The notes under the pieces were generated by a model, which searched no databases, had not been told where the DNA came from, and saw only the letters and a program-made list of their open reading frames with translations. 51,508 nt of DNA from positions 84,240,489-84,291,996 of the forward strand of contig NC_068986.1 in NCBI RefSeq assembly GCF_001194135.2, given 5' to 3'. This DNA is from Octopus bimaculoides. Taxonomy: Eukaryota. The translations under genes were made by a program, and so were the position numbers. This document shows positions 49,999 through 51,508 of this stretch, piece after piece. Numbering within the stretch: the stretch's first letter is position 1; each line of letters opens with the position of its first letter.

Positions 49999-51354
49999 AT
50001 TTGATTCCTGATAAACTTTTGTTCCTTCAGCTGTTACCTGTACCCTACGAGCATAATGTGCCTGCATATCCTTTCCCTGAGATAGCACAGGGATACCGAT
50101 ATTTTTAACCCTTAGTCGGTTACTATAACCGCTAACTCTGCTTACCTTATATATATATATTACAGCTTATTCTTTAAATGTGCTGGCCCCCTGATAATTA
50201 ATCGATATTAATTAATATATTAATATATGAATAATTACCAGATCTTATAATAATATTTACCCATTACTCATGTTCTCATTCTGAATATATTCGACGCAGT
50301 AAATAGTTTCTGCGGATATATTCCTGGAATTAGCGCGCCAAAACGAAGACTTTTGAACTTTACCATTAAGCTGTAATTAGCAGAACCATATGCACGCGCA
50401 CACATGGCGGTGGGCAACTATGTATAAGATTCTGAAAATTACTGCTACATTACAAATCAGGCTGATGAGGAATAGACAAATGGTAAGAATTTGTTANNNN
50501 NNNNNNNNNNNNNNNNNNNNNNNNNNNNNNNNNNNNNNNNNNNNNNNNNNNNNNNNNNNNNNNNNNNNNNNNNNNNNNNNNNNNNNNNNNNNNNNNNNNN
50601 NNNNNNNNNNNNNNNNNNNNNNNNNNNNNNNNNNNNNNNNNNNNNNNNNNNNNNNNNNNNNNNNNNNNNNNNNNNNNNNNNNNNNNNNNNNNNNNNNNNN
50701 NNNNNNNNNNNNNNNNNNNNNNNNNNNNNNNNNNNNNNNNNNNNNNNNNNNNNNNNNNNNNNNNNNNNNNNNNNNNNNNNNNNNNNNNNNNNNNNNNNNN
50801 NNNNNNNNNNNNNNNNNNNNNNNNNNNNNNNNNNNNNNNNNNNNNNNNNNNNNNNNNNNNNNNNNNNNNNNNNNNNNNNNNNNNNNNNNNNNNNNNNNNN
50901 NNNNNNNNNNNNNNNNNNNNNNNNNNNNNNNNNNNNNNNNNNNNNNNNNNNNNNNNNNNNNNNNNNNNNNNNNNNNNNNNNNNNNNNNNNNNNNNNNNNN
51001 NNNNNNNNNNNNNNNNNNNNNNNNNNNNNNNNNNNNNNNNNNNNNNNNNNNNNNNNNNNNNNNNNNNNNNNNNNNNNNNNNNNNNNNNNNNNNNNNNNNN
51101 NNNNNNNNNNNNNNTTTACAGAGAGAGACAGATTATTTGAAGACTAGAGAATTATTTACCTTTTTAAAGACTATGGAAATATCTACAAAACAGTTTTTTT
51201 TTTTCAATTTATTTGTTTTGTTCTATTTCATACTTAGTTGAAAAAGTTTAAAAGACGGAAACCGGTACTAAAATGTACTTCATGATAAAATTATTTTCTA
51301 CCTTGTCTTATTTTCCTAATACATATTAACTCGTGTGCTACTTTTCTACCTTCT

Positions 51355-51373
51355 ACATACATACACGCATACA

Positions 51374-51407
<34 letters not shown>

Positions 51408-51508
51408 CATATATAAATATATATATATATATATATACATGTGTGTACATATATATATATATATATTTTTTTTTTTTTTAAGTTTCAGCTCTAGAGCTGT
51501 GGCCATGC
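51355..51508. repeat. (TACA)n/(TA)n array followed by the start of a minus-strand SINE tail at the window edge
   Basis: Repeats visible; agtttcagctctagagctgtggccatgc matches 20300-20330 and 27335-27355. Confidence 0.85.

Overview
Eukaryotic, AT-rich, repeat-saturated non-coding DNA. About 7 kb is N, in 15 assembly gaps. There is no prokaryotic gene structure, rRNA, tRNA gene or CRISPR array, and no protein-coding gene I can name. Almost all long ORFs in the track are artefacts of microsatellites and N-runs. The microsatellite density and SINE types suggest a cephalopod, probably Octopus, draft genome (inference, not verified). The window contains: two decayed RTE-clade LINEs; nine 3' fragments of restriction-like-endonuclease (REL, R4/Dong-like) retrotransposons, all on the + strand; a Tc1 DD34E transposase remnant; mariner ends and MITEs; more than 20 tRNA-derived SINE copies from several modular families; and one plausible unidentified exon on the minus strand (33806-34077). 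The most interesting signal is a ~640 bp fold-back element at 37701-38342. Each arm carries the hammerhead ribozyme core strands in a non-circularly permuted order (UH strand, then GAAA strand, then CUGAUGA strand). The + strand copy has an intact core, and the two copies differ by a compensatory base-pair change. Also notable are a full SINE bracketed by ~190 bp direct repeats and two degenerate Penelope-type hammerheads. All alignments and translations were done by eye; TE boundaries are approximate (tens of bp) unless TIR or splice coordinates are given.
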